From Nitrospirota bacterium (lineage in GTDB: Bacteria; Nitrospirota; Thermodesulfovibrionia; Thermodesulfovibrionales; JdFR-88): a DNA stretch of 64,000 nucleotides. Shown here piece after piece: positions 55,753 through 64,000 of the stretch. The DNA lies in the NCBI GenBank assembly GCA_021789215.1, contig JAJYJS010000007.1, forward strand, positions 6,367-70,366, read 5' to 3'. A program made the position numbers and the translations under genes. Under the pieces are notes generated by a model. That model was given only the letters and a program-made list of their open reading frames with translations, was not told where the DNA came from and did not search any database. The stretch's first letter is position 1. Each line of letters starts with the position of its first letter.

Positions 55753-56292
55753 ATGAAAAGAAAACTTGCCGTAATCACCCTGTTTGCGTTGTTTGCCATA
55801 TCGGCCTGCGCCAGCAGGCCAGCCATGAAGAGCGAATTCCTTGAGCAAGGCATAAGAGACGTTTCTCCCGTGGTAGTCGCCCAGAACCCCGGCTTGTTCG
55901 AAGGGAAGCTTTTCATCCTGGGCGGCATTATAGAAAACACCAGCGTGTCGGACGAAGGCACCGTGATACAGGCCGTGGATGTACCGGTGGTTGCGGACGG
56001 CAGGCCCGAAAGCGCCCTTGTTATGGAGGGACGGTACCTGGCCGTCTGGCCCAGGGCAAACGGCGCCCTCGACCCGGCGGTCTACGGGAAAGACAAATAC
56101 ATCAGCCTCGCCGGTTATTTCACCGGGCTAAGGGAAAAAACCCCCGTCTTTCAGATAGCACAGATACGCATATGGAAAAAACCGGACATCTTTACGCCGC
56201 CGCCCCCGCCTTATTACCCTTACTATGCGCCATACTACTATACTCCATACGCACCTTACCGTCCGGCCTATCCTTACTGGTGGCCATTCTGA
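55753..56292 (+). CDS. Slp-family outer-membrane lipoprotein
   Basis: Lipobox ISAC, LGGII, GRYLA, LDPAVY, Pro/Tyr/Trp-rich tail. Confidence 0.85.
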   Translation: MKRKLAVITLFALFAISACASRPAMKSEFLEQGIRDVSPVVVAQNPGLFEGKLFILGGIIENTSVSDEGTVIQAVDVPVVADGRPESALVMEGRYLAVWPRANGALDPAVYGKDKYISLAGYFTGLREKTPVFQIAQIRIWKKPDIFTPPPPPYYPYYAPYYYTPYAPYRPAYPYWWPF

Positions 56293-56299
56293 TGATACA

Positions 56300-56332
56300 C
56301 CCCCCCTCCCCTCACGGGAGGGGGGATTTTTT
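56300..56332 (+). terminator. Probable rho-independent terminator after slp
   Basis: cccccctccc-ctcac-gggagggggg followed by a T run. Confidence 0.65.
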
Positions 56333-56547
56333 CCTGTAATCCCTGATTTTTTTAATCCTCCGCCCTCGTCTAATCCTAAACCCTAACGTTGATATGCATT
56401 AGATGTGCTTTTTCCGTCATTCCGGGCTTTCATCTGCAATTTGTTTGCAACTACAGGTAAACAGGCGGGTCCCAAAAAAGGATGCAAGAAAATTCCTTGA
56501 GTCGGCATATCCTTGTGAGATAATTAAAGAAAGGAGGTGTTACCGCC

Positions 56548-56793
56548 ATGTCCATACCATACCGGTGCAGCCGATGCGCCAGCAATTCGCCAATCAGTTA
56601 TTACCAGAGTGAAATCCAGGACCACATAAACCTGAACCACCCCGGAGAACCCGGCGTTTATGTCCAGAGCGGCATGATAAGCTGCTCTTACTGCGCGCTT
56701 GGTCCGTTCAGTGATACGGGAAGTTTTGACTCCCATAATCATGCGATGCATGACGGCAATGCAAAAGGCGATCCCGTCTTCCCCTATGGCTAA
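56548..56793 (+). CDS. 81-aa protein with two CxxC...HxxxxH (C2H2 zinc-finger-like) motifs
   Basis: AAGGAGGT RBS; CSRC-x15-HINLNH and CSYC-x13-HNHAMH. Confidence 0.7.
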   Translation: MSIPYRCSRCASNSPISYYQSEIQDHINLNHPGEPGVYVQSGMISCSYCALGPFSDTGSFDSHNHAMHDGNAKGDPVFPYG

Positions 56794-57349
56794 AGAGTGG
56801 AAAACATCTGCCGGAGTTCACGGTCAGACCAATTTCAAGGTATCCCATCCGGCTGACTGGGAACTGTACGTCCTGCCGGAGGCGGCTATCGTCGCCTGTC
56901 AACAGGACCCGAATGCGTTGGTAAGTTTTATGTGGAGCACAGGGACGGGAAGCATGGACCCATCCTCGCTGTTAAGCAGGACCATCCGGCATAACGATAT
57001 CCGCGATTACGAAGTTATCCATGCTGAACCGGTCCGGACAATGCAGATGCCCGATACGGTCTTCCGGGCACTGGAGCAGGAGGCCCGATTCACATACCGC
57101 GGAGAGCGCTGCCATGCGCAAATTATAGTCCAACTCACAAACGCCGTCTCTCCCTTTCTGCTTTTTTGGAGCGGGAGCATCATTTGGAAACAGGCGCCTG
57201 CATACAGGTGGGGACAATACAACGAGGTGGTAAGCAGGATTGTGGAAAGCTTAAGGATTGAACCGGCGGTGCCGCCAGATATACCCGCGAAGACCGGCGA
57301 AGAGAAGCCAGTTGAAGAACCCCGCGGCAGGGGCCGCGGGGATTCTTAA
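56786..57349 (+). CDS. Hypothetical protein (possible PsbP/Mog1-like fold)
   Basis: ATG at 56786 overlaps the previous stop; FKVSHPADW motif; C-terminus reads into a repeat hairpin. Confidence 0.6.
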   Translation: MAKEWKTSAGVHGQTNFKVSHPADWELYVLPEAAIVACQQDPNALVSFMWSTGTGSMDPSSLLSRTIRHNDIRDYEVIHAEPVRTMQMPDTVFRALEQEARFTYRGERCHAQIIVQLTNAVSPFLLFWSGSIIWKQAPAYRWGQYNEVVSRIVESLRIEPAVPPDIPAKTGEEKPVEEPRGRGRGDS

Positions 57350-57403
57350 TCAAAGAATTTTTTTGCGGCCCGCCTTAACCGTTCTTTGGCAACGCCTTCC
57401 CTC

Positions 57404-57985
57404 TTATTTCGGGTTGAACCTGTTCATGGCCTTCTCCAGACCCTCGGAGATTATTATCTCCACCGCGAGGGCGGCGGAAGAAACGGCCTCTTTCATTGAG
57501 ACGGATTCCTCTTTGCTGAACTTTTGCAAGACGTACGTTTCCGCGGGGACGGCGGGGTCTCTGCCTATTCCTATCCTGACCCTGATGAAGTTTATCGTCC
57601 CGGTCTCCCGGATGACGGACTCCACTCCCCTGTGTCCGCCGGAAGAGCCGTTTTTCCTCACGCGAAGCCGCGCCGCCTCCAAGTCCATATCGTCGTGAAT
57701 CACTATGAGATGCTCGGGGGAGATGCCTTTTTTCTGGAGGACGGCCCGCACGGCCTGGCCGCTCAGGTTCATGTATGTGAGAGGTTTTACAAGGACGGCC
57801 CTGGACCCGCCTATGGCTATCTCGGCGATAGCGTAGCCGGCCTTTTCCGCCATCTGCCCGCCGTGCCTCGCGGCCAGCTCGTCCACCGCCATGAAGCCAG
57901 CGTTATGCCTGGTTTTAGAGTACTTCCGGCCGGGGTTGCCGAGCCCGGCCACAACCCATATAGGGGAAAAAACCTTGCCGTCCAC
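57404..57985 (-). CDS. pth: Peptidyl-tRNA hydrolase
   Basis: GLGNPG..Y..TRHNAGF, KPLTYMNLSG, HDDMDL, GGHRG. Confidence 0.96.
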   Translation of the reverse strand: MDGKVFSPIWVVAGLGNPGRKYSKTRHNAGFMAVDELAARHGGQMAEKAGYAIAEIAIGGSRAVLVKPLTYMNLSGQAVRAVLQKKGISPEHLIVIHDDMDLEAARLRVRKNGSSGGHRGVESVIRETGTINFIRVRIGIGRDPAVPAETYVLQKFSKEESVSMKEAVSSAALAVEIIISEGLEKAMNRFNPK

Positions 57986-57997
57986 GGGACCGGACTG

Positions 57998-58666
57998 CTA
58001 TTTCTTCCCTTCCTTGCCTTCCTCGGCTTCCTCTTTCTCCTTGCCGCCCTTCTTGATGACCTCGGGCTCCGCGGCCTCCGCAGCGGCAGCCGGAGCAGCC
58101 TCCTCCACCTTGCTGGGCAGCGCCACAAGCGCGACGACCTCGCTGGCCGGGGTCAGCACCTTGATGCCCTCGGGCAGCTTTATATCGCGGACGTGAAGGG
58201 AATGGCCCGCCCCAAGCTCCGAGACGTCCACATCGACATGGCCCATGATGCGGTCGGGAAGACATTCCACATCTATCTCGCTGATGCCGTGCTGGAGGAT
58301 GGCGCCGTCCCTCTTTACGCCAATAGGCTCGCCCACGATATGCACCGCCATGGTGACCTTTATGGTCTCCTGGAGCGAAACCTCGAAGAAATCCGTATGG
58401 AGGAGCTCCCTGTTGACGGGGTCCACCTGGAAGTCCTTGACCAGCGCGAGCCTGGTCTCGCCTTCGGGGAACGTAAGGTTCACGACCACCTGCTCGCCCG
58501 ATGTCTGGTGCAGGAAGCGCAGCAGCTCCGCCCTTTTTATCTTGATGGGCAGCGAGCCGCCCGCCCTGTAGAGGACGGCAGGGACGACGTCCTTGCCCCT
58601 CAGCGTCCTCGCCGCGCCTTTGCCGACCTCGGCCCTCTTCTCCGCCTGTATGGTAATCCTTTCCAC
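57998..58666 (-). CDS. rplY: 50S ribosomal protein L25/Ctc
   Basis: GKGAARTLR, VPAVLY, LLHTDF; conserved prs-rplY-pth order. Confidence 0.95.
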   Translation of the reverse strand: MERITIQAEKRAEVGKGAARTLRGKDVVPAVLYRAGGSLPIKIKRAELLRFLHQTSGEQVVVNLTFPEGETRLALVKDFQVDPVNRELLHTDFFEVSLQETIKVTMAVHIVGEPIGVKRDGAILQHGISEIDVECLPDRIMGHVDVDVSELGAGHSLHVRDIKLPEGIKVLTPASEVVALVALPSKVEEAAPAAAAEAAEPEVIKKGGKEKEEAEEGKEGKK

Positions 58667-58680
58667 CTGAATGACCTCCT

Positions 58681-59622
58681 TTAAATGAACAGAGAACTTA
58701 TTGAGGACTCCTCATGAATCCTCTTTATCGCTTCCGCGAAAAGGGGAGCGACCGAAAGCACCTTGAGCTTCGGGCATTCCTCCTTCTTGCTGTCAAGCGG
58801 TATCGTGTCCGCCACTATAAGCTCATCAATGCAGGAGCTGTTGATCCTGCCCACGGCCGGGCCGGAAAGCACCGCGTGCGTGCATGCCGCGTACACTTTG
58901 CGCGCGCCCTTTTGCCTGAGCGCCTCCGCGGCCTGCGTTATCGTGCCAGCCGTATCTATCATGTCGTCAAGAAGAACCGCGTCCTTTCCGTTTACGTCGC
59001 CGACCACGTTCATCACCTGCGATACGTTTGCGGCCTCGCGGCGTTTGTCGACGATGGCTATCGAGGCCTTCAGCCTTTTGGCGAAGTTCCTTGCCCGCTC
59101 GACGCCGCCCGCATCCGGAGACACTATCACGGGCTCCTTCAGCTCCCGCTTCTTTATATATTCATAGAGCACCGCCGAGCCGTAGAGGTGGTCGACAGGG
59201 ATATTGAAAAACCCCTGTATCTGGCCCGCGTGCAGGTCCATCGTAAGCACCCTGTTAGCCCCGGCCACGGTAAGCAGGTCGGCAACCAGCTTGGAGGATA
59301 TGGCAACCCTGGGCTGCACCTTCCTGTCCTGCCTGGCATACCCGTAATAGGGTATCACGGCGGTTATCCTGCCGGCGGACGCCCTTTTCAGCGCATCCAG
59401 CATCAAAAGCAGCTCCATTATGTTCTCGTTCACGGGAGTGCATGTGGGCTGTATGACGAACACGTCCGCGCCGCGCACGTTCTCGTTTATCTGGAGTTGT
59501 ATTTCCCCGTCGCTGAAATTTGTTATTGTGGCATTGGTAAGAGGCACGCCCAGATGGGCGGATATGGCCCCGGCCAACGCCTTGTGCGCATTCCCCGAAA
59601 CCAGCTTGATTCCAACAGGCAT
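58681..59622 (-). CDS. prs: Ribose-phosphate pyrophosphokinase
   Basis: [36 protein letters not shown]. Confidence 0.97.
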   Translation of the reverse strand: MPVGIKLVSGNAHKALAGAISAHLGVPLTNATITNFSDGEIQLQINENVRGADVFVIQPTCTPVNENIMELLLMLDALKRASAGRITAVIPYYGYARQDRKVQPRVAISSKLVADLLTVAGANRVLTMDLHAGQIQGFFNIPVDHLYGSAVLYEYIKKRELKEPVIVSPDAGGVERARNFAKRLKASIAIVDKRREAANVSQVMNVVGDVNGKDAVLLDDMIDTAGTITQAAEALRQKGARKVYAACTHAVLSGPAVGRINSSCIDELIVADTIPLDSKKEECPKLKVLSVAPLFAEAIKRIHEESSISSLFI

Positions 59623-59680
59623 TTTTTAGCTCGCGCTCCCCTTTTGATTTCTATATTTTAGTTTTTAGTAAAAAATACCG

Positions 59681-59755
59681 TGGCTGGGGCGGGAGGATTC
59701 GAACCTCCACATGGGAGATCCAAAATCTCCTGACTTGCCATTTGTCGACGCCCCA
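59681..59755 (-). tRNA. tRNA-Gln (anticodon TTG)
   Basis: TGGGGCG...GGAGA-TT-TTG-GA-TCTCC...GGTTCGAATCC...CGCCCCAGCCA; cloverleaf with encoded CCA, in its usual position between ispE and prs. Confidence 0.95.
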
Positions 59756-59767
59756 AGCACATTTTTT

Positions 59768-60622
59768 TTAAAAAAGACTTCTTTCGCATATGGTCCGAAC
59801 GCTCCGGCACCACCAGGCGATGCCTTCCCCCGCCTTCCGCGCGGATTCGCCGTCGGGGAAAACACCGAAAACCGAGGAACCGCTCCCGCTCATCAGGACG
59901 TACCTCGCCCCCCTGCTTTTGAGTGCGGCTTTTATCCTGCCGATCTCGGGGAACGCGGCCAGCACCCCGCCTTCCAGGTCGTTGCACCCCAGCCCTTCCA
60001 GGGCGGACAACTCCCCTTCCCTGAGCGCGCGAATAAACAGTTTAATATTGTCATTGGCTTTTGTCAACCCGGTAAACGACCTCAAGGCCCTGTAGGCCCA
60101 GCCCGCCGAAACCCCAAATTCGGGCTTCACTATGAGGACGGAGAATTCCTTCCCCCCCATATCCACAGGCTCTATCTTCTCGCCCCTGCCCGTGGCCAGC
60201 GAACAGCAGCCGTTGATGAAAAAGGGCACATCGGAGCCAAGTTTGGCCCCGAGGGCCGAAAGTTCGGCGGTCTCAAGCCCCAGCCCCCAGAGCCTGTTCA
60301 GCCCTATCAGGGTGAAGGCCGCATCGGAGCTGCCCCCGCCGAGCCCCGCCTCAAGGGGTATGTTCTTTTCAAGCCGTACGCGCGCCCCCCGGCCCGTGCC
60401 AGAGTGCTCCTTAAGGAGGAGCGCGGCCTTCCAGACTATGTTTTCGTGGGCTGGTATCGGACAGTCAGACTCCAGCGCAAGCGCGTCAAAGGGTTCGAAC
60501 GTGAGCCCGTCATAGAGGTCGACACACTGCATGAGCGAGATTATCTCGTGATACCCGTCATCCCGCCTGCCGGGGACGAACAGGAACCAGTTAATCTTTG
60601 CCGGAGCGCGAAGACTGAGCAT
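59768..60622 (-). CDS. ispE: 4-diphosphocytidyl-2-C-methyl-D-erythritol kinase
   Basis: APAKIN, KNIPLEAGLGGGSSDAA, GSDVPFF, MSGSGSSVF. Confidence 0.96.
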   Translation of the reverse strand: MLSLRAPAKINWFLFVPGRRDDGYHEIISLMQCVDLYDGLTFEPFDALALESDCPIPAHENIVWKAALLLKEHSGTGRGARVRLEKNIPLEAGLGGGSSDAAFTLIGLNRLWGLGLETAELSALGAKLGSDVPFFINGCCSLATGRGEKIEPVDMGGKEFSVLIVKPEFGVSAGWAYRALRSFTGLTKANDNIKLFIRALREGELSALEGLGCNDLEGGVLAAFPEIGRIKAALKSRGARYVLMSGSGSSVFGVFPDGESARKAGEGIAWWCRSVRTICERSLF

Positions 60623-62351
60623 TTCCGGTCCTTTCGAGGGCCCTGAGCTTCTTTCGCACCCTGTCCCTGAGCCCATCTTCGTCTTCCTTGAGCGTGAGGG
60701 ACTTTTTCCATGCCTCCATGGCGCTTTCAGGCTTGCCAAGGGCCTTGTAAACGTCCCCAAGATGCTCGTAAATTGCGGCGTCGCTGCCGACGGTGTCCCT
60801 GGCGTGCAAAAGCTCCTTAAGGGACTCCTTGAACCTGCCCATCTTGTAATAGACCCAGCCCAGGCTGTCCATTATGTAGCCGCTGTCGGGTTTCAGCTCC
60901 AGCGCCCGCTTCACCAGCGAAAGCGCCTCGTCAAGCTTTATGCCCTTTTCGGCATAGCTGTAGCCCAGGTAATTGAGCGCGTCCGTGTGTTTGGGGTTCA
61001 CCTTTATGGCATGCTCAAGGTCTGCAACCATCGCGTCGAAGTCGCCCTTTTTTTCCTCCAGCACCGCCCTGTTGAAAAGGATATCGTCGTTTTCGGGGAA
61101 TTTTTTGATCCCTTCCCCAAGCACCCTCGCGGCATCAGCGTACTTCTTCATCTCTATGTACAGCGAGCCCAGATACACATAAATCTCCGGCTTGCCGCTG
61201 TCCACGCGGAGGGCCTGCTCATATATCCTGGCGGCTTTTTCGCTGTGGTCAAGCCTGGTTTCGACAAAGCCCGCAAAAAGCAGGCTCTGTATGTCCCCGG
61301 GGTCTTCCTTCAGCAGCTTGTCCAGCTCCGAGGCCGCATCTCCCGGCCTGCCAAGCTCGTTAAGGCAGTATGCCAGATAATACCGGGCCTGCTTGTCTTT
61401 GGGGGTCCGGGAAAGTATGAGCCTGAACTCATCGGCCGCCTTGCCGAAATCGGAGGTCTCCACGTAAAGGAGCGCAAGCCTTTTGTGAATGTCTATATTC
61501 GAGGGGTCGAAGGCCTTTATTTTCTCGTACTGCTTTATGGCCTTGCCCTGCTCCTTGTTCCTTATATAGAGCATGCCCAGCCTGTCGGCCGCCTCCGTAT
61601 TGTGGGGGTTTATCTTGACGGCGTCCTTGTAATGCTTCTCCGCGCCGTCCAAATCGCCTTTCATTTCGCTTATTATCCCGAGATACATCTGGGCGGCGTC
61701 CATGTCGGGTTTAAGCTCCAGCGTCTTTTTCAGGTACTTTTCCGATTGTTCCAGGTCCTTCAGGTCCAGGTTTATGAGCCCCATGTAGAAATAGGCCATT
61801 GCGTTATTGGGGGAGCGGGCGATGAGCTTTTCAAGTGTATCGAGGGCCTCCGTAAACCTGTCCCCCGAGGCATAAACGGTCCCCAGCAGCAGGAGCGCCT
61901 TGTCGTTGCCCGGCTCGATCCTGACGGCCTTCTCAAGGAGCCCTGTGGCCTGGTCTCTCTTGCCCATGCTGCTGTACAGCTCGCCAAGGAGCATCATCGC
62001 TCGGACGTTTTCCGGCGCGTACTTTACCGCCTTCTCGATTATGGCCGCGGCCTCATCGAGTTTCCCCATCCTCAGGAGGATGCCGCCCAGTTGAAGCCTT
62101 ATCTCGACCGAGCCGGGGTCATGCTCCATGGCCTTTTTATAATGGAGCACGGCCTCCTCCCATTTGCCGTTGCTCTCGGCGTCGTAGCCCATCATGAACT
62201 CGTAATAAGATGCCTCGTCCGGCGTGCTGGTTACCTTTTGGGCCTTTTTCTTTTGCTCCTTCGGGGCCGGGCCGTTTGCAAACGCATGGGAAGGGTAAAG
62301 GAAAAACACGGCAACGGAAAACAGGCAAAAAGAAAGAAAAAATCTTCTCAT
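60591..62351 (-). CDS. Exported tetratricopeptide-repeat protein
   Basis: Signal peptide (AFA), many TPRs, ALNYLGYSYAE and DSLGWVYY. Confidence 0.88.
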   Translation of the reverse strand: MRRFFLSFCLFSVAVFFLYPSHAFANGPAPKEQKKKAQKVTSTPDEASYYEFMMGYDAESNGKWEEAVLHYKKAMEHDPGSVEIRLQLGGILLRMGKLDEAAAIIEKAVKYAPENVRAMMLLGELYSSMGKRDQATGLLEKAVRIEPGNDKALLLLGTVYASGDRFTEALDTLEKLIARSPNNAMAYFYMGLINLDLKDLEQSEKYLKKTLELKPDMDAAQMYLGIISEMKGDLDGAEKHYKDAVKINPHNTEAADRLGMLYIRNKEQGKAIKQYEKIKAFDPSNIDIHKRLALLYVETSDFGKAADEFRLILSRTPKDKQARYYLAYCLNELGRPGDAASELDKLLKEDPGDIQSLLFAGFVETRLDHSEKAARIYEQALRVDSGKPEIYVYLGSLYIEMKKYADAARVLGEGIKKFPENDDILFNRAVLEEKKGDFDAMVADLEHAIKVNPKHTDALNYLGYSYAEKGIKLDEALSLVKRALELKPDSGYIMDSLGWVYYKMGRFKESLKELLHARDTVGSDAAIYEHLGDVYKALGKPESAMEAWKKSLTLKEDEDGLRDRVRKKLRALERTGNAQSSRSGKD

Positions 62352-62462
62352 CTGAAAATTATCGCACAAACACCGGCAAACGGGCAAATTTTTATTTTCC
62401 ACCCCGGTTTAAAGTCCGCTAATGAGGCCATGTTTTTTAACCGGAACTGTTAAAATAGCTCC

Positions 62463-62930
62463 ATGAGACTTTTTTTGCCAGCTTTTACGGCAAGAAAAAC
62501 AGGGAAAAGCCTGTTTATCGCCCTGCTGACGCTGTTACCCGTTTTTTCTTTTTCCTGCTCGAAAAGGCCGGCATATCCCACTCCGCCCGTGTCCGGCGGC
62601 TCGGTGAGGATAAAGGTATCGGCGCTTGCCGGGGACGTCCCCTCGTTCTTCACCGTCATGAAAGACGGCAAACAGATAGACTTTTTCGTAGTAAGGACGG
62701 GTAATGAAGTGCAGTCCTATTTCAACGCGTGCGCCCGCTGCGGCCCGAAAAAGCTTGGCTATTATTTCCAGAACGGCAGGATTTACTGCCGGGCCTGCGG
62801 CGTGAGCTACGCGCCCGGCAACCTTAAAGGCATCGGAAGCTGCTATCCCCTGCCGCTTAAAGGCGCTCTCAGCGGGGGATATTATCTCATCCCCATCCAG
62901 GCCGTTTACGCCGGAGGGGCCTATTTTTAG
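62463..62930 (+). CDS. DUF2318-type Fe-S/Cys-rich exported (lipo)protein
   Basis: FSFSC lipobox-like, FNACARC...GY...CRACG...GSCYPLPL. Confidence 0.8.
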   Translation: MRLFLPAFTARKTGKSLFIALLTLLPVFSFSCSKRPAYPTPPVSGGSVRIKVSALAGDVPSFFTVMKDGKQIDFFVVRTGNEVQSYFNACARCGPKKLGYYFQNGRIYCRACGVSYAPGNLKGIGSCYPLPLKGALSGGYYLIPIQAVYAGGAYF

Positions 62931-62939
62931 CTCGAAATT

Positions 62940-63074
62940 TCAGTGCATGAGCCCCAGGATGCCTATGATTATCAGGTATGCCGCCACGATGTAGCTCAGG
63001 AGCCTCGGAATGACCAGTATCAGGATGCCCGTTATCAGGGCCACAATGGGCTCTATGTGATAGACATGATACAT
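62940..63074 (-). CDS. DUF3096-type small membrane protein (44 aa), not in the ORF track
   Basis: MYHVYHIEPIVALITGILILVIPRLLSYIVAAYLIIIGILGLMH*; GGAGG RBS. Confidence 0.85.
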   Translation of the reverse strand: MYHVYHIEPIVALITGILILVIPRLLSYIVAAYLIIIGILGLMH

Positions 63075-63258
63075 TGCTGAAACCCTCCTGCTTCTGATTT
63101 TGCCTCTCCCCCGCTCTCCCGGTTGTTTGCCCCTTCATCCTTTTCCCCTCGCCTTATGGGAGAGGGGCAGGGGTGAGGGATGAGGGAATTGAGCGGTCTC
63201 CCAATAAAATCTTCCGCCGGAAAGCGCTTTTTGTAAACACCTGTGCTAATATTCAGCT

Positions 63259-63621
63259 ATGAAAGTAAAAAAAAGCCTCCTGCTCCTCGTGCTTTTTGGC
63301 CCGCTTTTTGCCTGGCAGGCGGCCCTGGCGCTCCAGACCCGGGACTTGATAACCCTTAAAAAAGCCGGTTTCTCAGAGCAGGCCATAGCCCGGATAAACG
63401 CGAGCGGCTATCCCGGCATTGAAAGGCTCCTTGCACTAAAAAAGGCGGGCTTCAAGGAAGACTCCATACTGGAGATAATCAGGGGCGGCCAGGAGGGAAA
63501 AGCCGAGGTCTACACCACGAAAGGCCTGCTTGATGATGAAGTGCGCTGCGGCTGCGGCCCGCAGACGCCTTACTACCTGAATATCTGGGAGCACGCCCCT
63601 GGCAAAAAACATCAGCGATGA
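63259..63621 (+). CDS. Secreted hypothetical protein with duplicated LKKAGF motif
   Basis: Signal peptide; DLITLKKAGFSEQAI and RLLALKKAGFKEDSI. Confidence 0.65.
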   Translation: MKVKKSLLLLVLFGPLFAWQAALALQTRDLITLKKAGFSEQAIARINASGYPGIERLLALKKAGFKEDSILEIIRGGQEGKAEVYTTKGLLDDEVRCGCGPQTPYYLNIWEHAPGKKHQR

Positions 63622-63704
63622 ACCAAATTGCCAAAATAGCCATAAATGGTTCAGTATGACGGACTTTCAACAAAAATTACCGGTTTTTAGAAGACAGGTT
63701 CCAA

Positions 63705-64000
63705 TCAGTCTTCGAGGTACACCGCCTTCCCCCTGACGAACGTCACGTGCTTCATCCAGTCGCCGGTCTTCTGCGGATGGTCCTCGCGGTAGTGGGCCCC
63801 CACGCTGTTTTGTCTCAGGAGTGCGGCCTCCGTGATGAGCATCGCAAGCTGTATCATGTTCTTCAGCTCCAGCTCGCGCCTCGTGAAAAAAGATTTTTCA
63901 AGTATGTACCGCCAGCCAGCGAACTCCTCCAGCGCCTCCTTCAGGGACCGCTCGTCCCTTATTATGCCCACCTTCTGCCACATGGTGCGCCTCAGGTCTC
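63705..64000 (-). CDS. nadB: L-aspartate oxidase C-terminal part (5' end outside the window)
   Basis: MWQKVGIIR, ELKNM, AALLRQNSVGAHYREDHP (fumarate reductase/NadB C-terminal domain). Confidence 0.8.
   Translation of the reverse strand, partial: DLRRTMWQKVGIIRDERSLKEALEEFAGWRYILEKSFFTRRELELKNMIQLAMLITEAALLRQNSVGAHYREDHPQKTGDWMKHVTFVRGKAVYLED

Noticed and set aside
1-64000. CRISPR array, rRNA, integrase or transposase genes
   Set aside because: No regularly spaced repeat-spacer array and no such coding or rRNA motifs were seen.

Overview
Bacterial chromosomal window, GC-rich with frequent ATA/AGG codons. A Nitrospirota/Desulfobacterota-like source is a tentative guess only. Most of it is housekeeping or metabolic: UvrD/PcrA helicase (partial), ClC channel, MCP, glgP, a selenocysteine-containing selD, polA, recO, era, aspartate aminotransferase, ferredoxin, a vapBC-type TA pair, fabG-acpP-fabF-rnc, selB, GT4 plus glycogen debranching-type enzyme, beta-carbonic anhydrase, mscL, skp, ispE-tRNA-Gln-prs-rplY-pth, and nadB (partial). 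The standout is a ~22 kb co-oriented minus-strand cluster (55272 to 33009): TpsB transporter, SapC-family protein, small TPR protein, a ~5480-aa glycine-rich filamentous-haemagglutinin-type TpsA, a TPR-sulfotransferase and APS kinase (cysC). It looks like a two-partner secretion system with its own PAPS-dependent sulfation module in the place where HMW1-type systems have a glycosyltransferase. Upstream lie a consensus sigma70 promoter overlapped by a perfect TGTGA-N6-TCACA palindrome and a sigma54-like site. Other notable items: a tiny protein with two C2H2 zinc-finger-like motifs, a ClC with non-canonical filter residues, two small membrane ORFs missing from the ORF track, a DUF134 operon with a candidate operator, and several MITE/REP families. 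All family assignments come from reading motifs by eye; no database searches were run.
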